DNA of 64,000 nt from Candidatus Latescibacterota bacterium (lineage in GTDB: Bacteria; Latescibacterota; UBA2968; UBA8231): NCBI GenBank assembly GCA_965223905.1, contig CBDCXV010000001.1:800001-864000 (forward strand), written 5' to 3'. Below, piece after piece: positions 63,483-64,000 of the stretch. Under the pieces are notes generated by a model that saw only the letters and a list, made by a program, of their open reading frames with translations, searched no databases and had not been told where the DNA came from. The number at the start of each line of letters is the position of its first letter. Positions within the stretch are counted from its first letter, which is position 1. The translations under genes and the position numbers were made by a program.

Positions 63483-64000
63483 CCCTCGACCTCAGCCTCG
63501 ACTTCGCCCTCACGGAGGATTTCGTCCGGTGGTACTGCGCGGTAATCGGCGCATTCTGGCTTCTTTCTGTCGGGTGGCTGTTCCGCCAAGTTGGTCCCCT
63601 GTGGCTCAAGTTACGCAGGATGAGTAGAGACCTGAAGGATCTGCATGGAGAGGAAGGATTCACTAGCGGATTCGAAGACTACGATCGCAAGGTCAAAGAG
63701 ATCCTTGGCCTGCCGTGGACGGAATTCGTGGAGACTTTGATTCTACCTGAATCTGAGTCTGATGATCCGATTCGCAACACCAGTGAGGTTTCTCGGTACC
63801 TGAACGACGCCACCATCGTTTCTCCCAAGATTTCTTCAGGTTTCTACCAAGCTGTACCAAATCTGCTGACCGGCGTCGGCATCCTCGGTACGTTCCTCGG
63901 TCTGGCCGCCGGGGTCGGTGCGGCAAGTTCCGGTCTTTCTTCCAGCAAACCCGCTGAGATCACCGGGGCTCTACAGCAGCTTCTGGGTGGGGCATCCTTG
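63479..64000 (+). CDS. zorA: Zorya ZorA-like (MotA-family) anti-phage protein, 3'-truncated by the window edge
   Basis: 174 open codons not in the ORF track: N-terminal TM helix, PWTEFVETL...IRNTSEVSRYLN...FYQAVPNLLTGVGILGTFLGLAAG...LQQLLGGASL; ATGA overlap with the Uma2 stop. Confidence 0.75.
   Translation, partial: MTLDLSLDFALTEDFVRWYCAVIGAFWLLSVGWLFRQVGPLWLKLRRMSRDLKDLHGEEGFTSGFEDYDRKVKEILGLPWTEFVETLILPESESDDPIRNTSEVSRYLNDATIVSPKISSGFYQAVPNLLTGVGILGTFLGLAAGVGAASSGLSSSKPAEITGALQQLLGGASL

Overview
High-GC bacterial chromosome segment with about 60 genes. The many PhyH dioxygenases, the Gfo/Idh/MocA and HpcH enzymes and the CRTAC1/TPR pair resemble Latescibacterota/Poribacteria-like uncultured lineages, but that placement is inference only. 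Layout: (1) 0-23 kb accessory and catabolic genes, including four PhyH dioxygenases, an MFS transporter, a PLP dehydratase, a radical SAM protein, a lower-GC decayed patch, a multiheme-TPR plus CRTAC1 pair, uppP and an aldolase. (2) A tight cluster of four DnaA boxes at about 22.4 kb with no dnaA nearby. (3) A surface-polysaccharide cluster at 24-36 kb. (4) A roughly 14-kb minus-strand run trpL-trpEGDC-trpS-CM-tyrA-aroA*-sORF-aroE-argS-aroK-aroB-rimO-DUF971, headed by a sigma70 promoter and a ribosome-dependent Trp attenuator. (5) A second glycosylation cluster at 55-62.6 kb. (6) At the right edge, a Uma2 nuclease gene overlapping the 5' part of a Zorya ZorA-like gene. Highlights: a full-length AroA homolog that has lost almost every catalytic motif, followed by an unannotated 46-aa membrane protein; the Uma2-zorA pair; the Trp attenuator; and the orphan DnaA-box cluster. 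About ten frameshifts are present, several in homopolymers, so some may be sequencing or assembly errors. No rRNA, tRNA, CRISPR array or transposase was seen. All calls come from reading motifs by eye; no database search was run.
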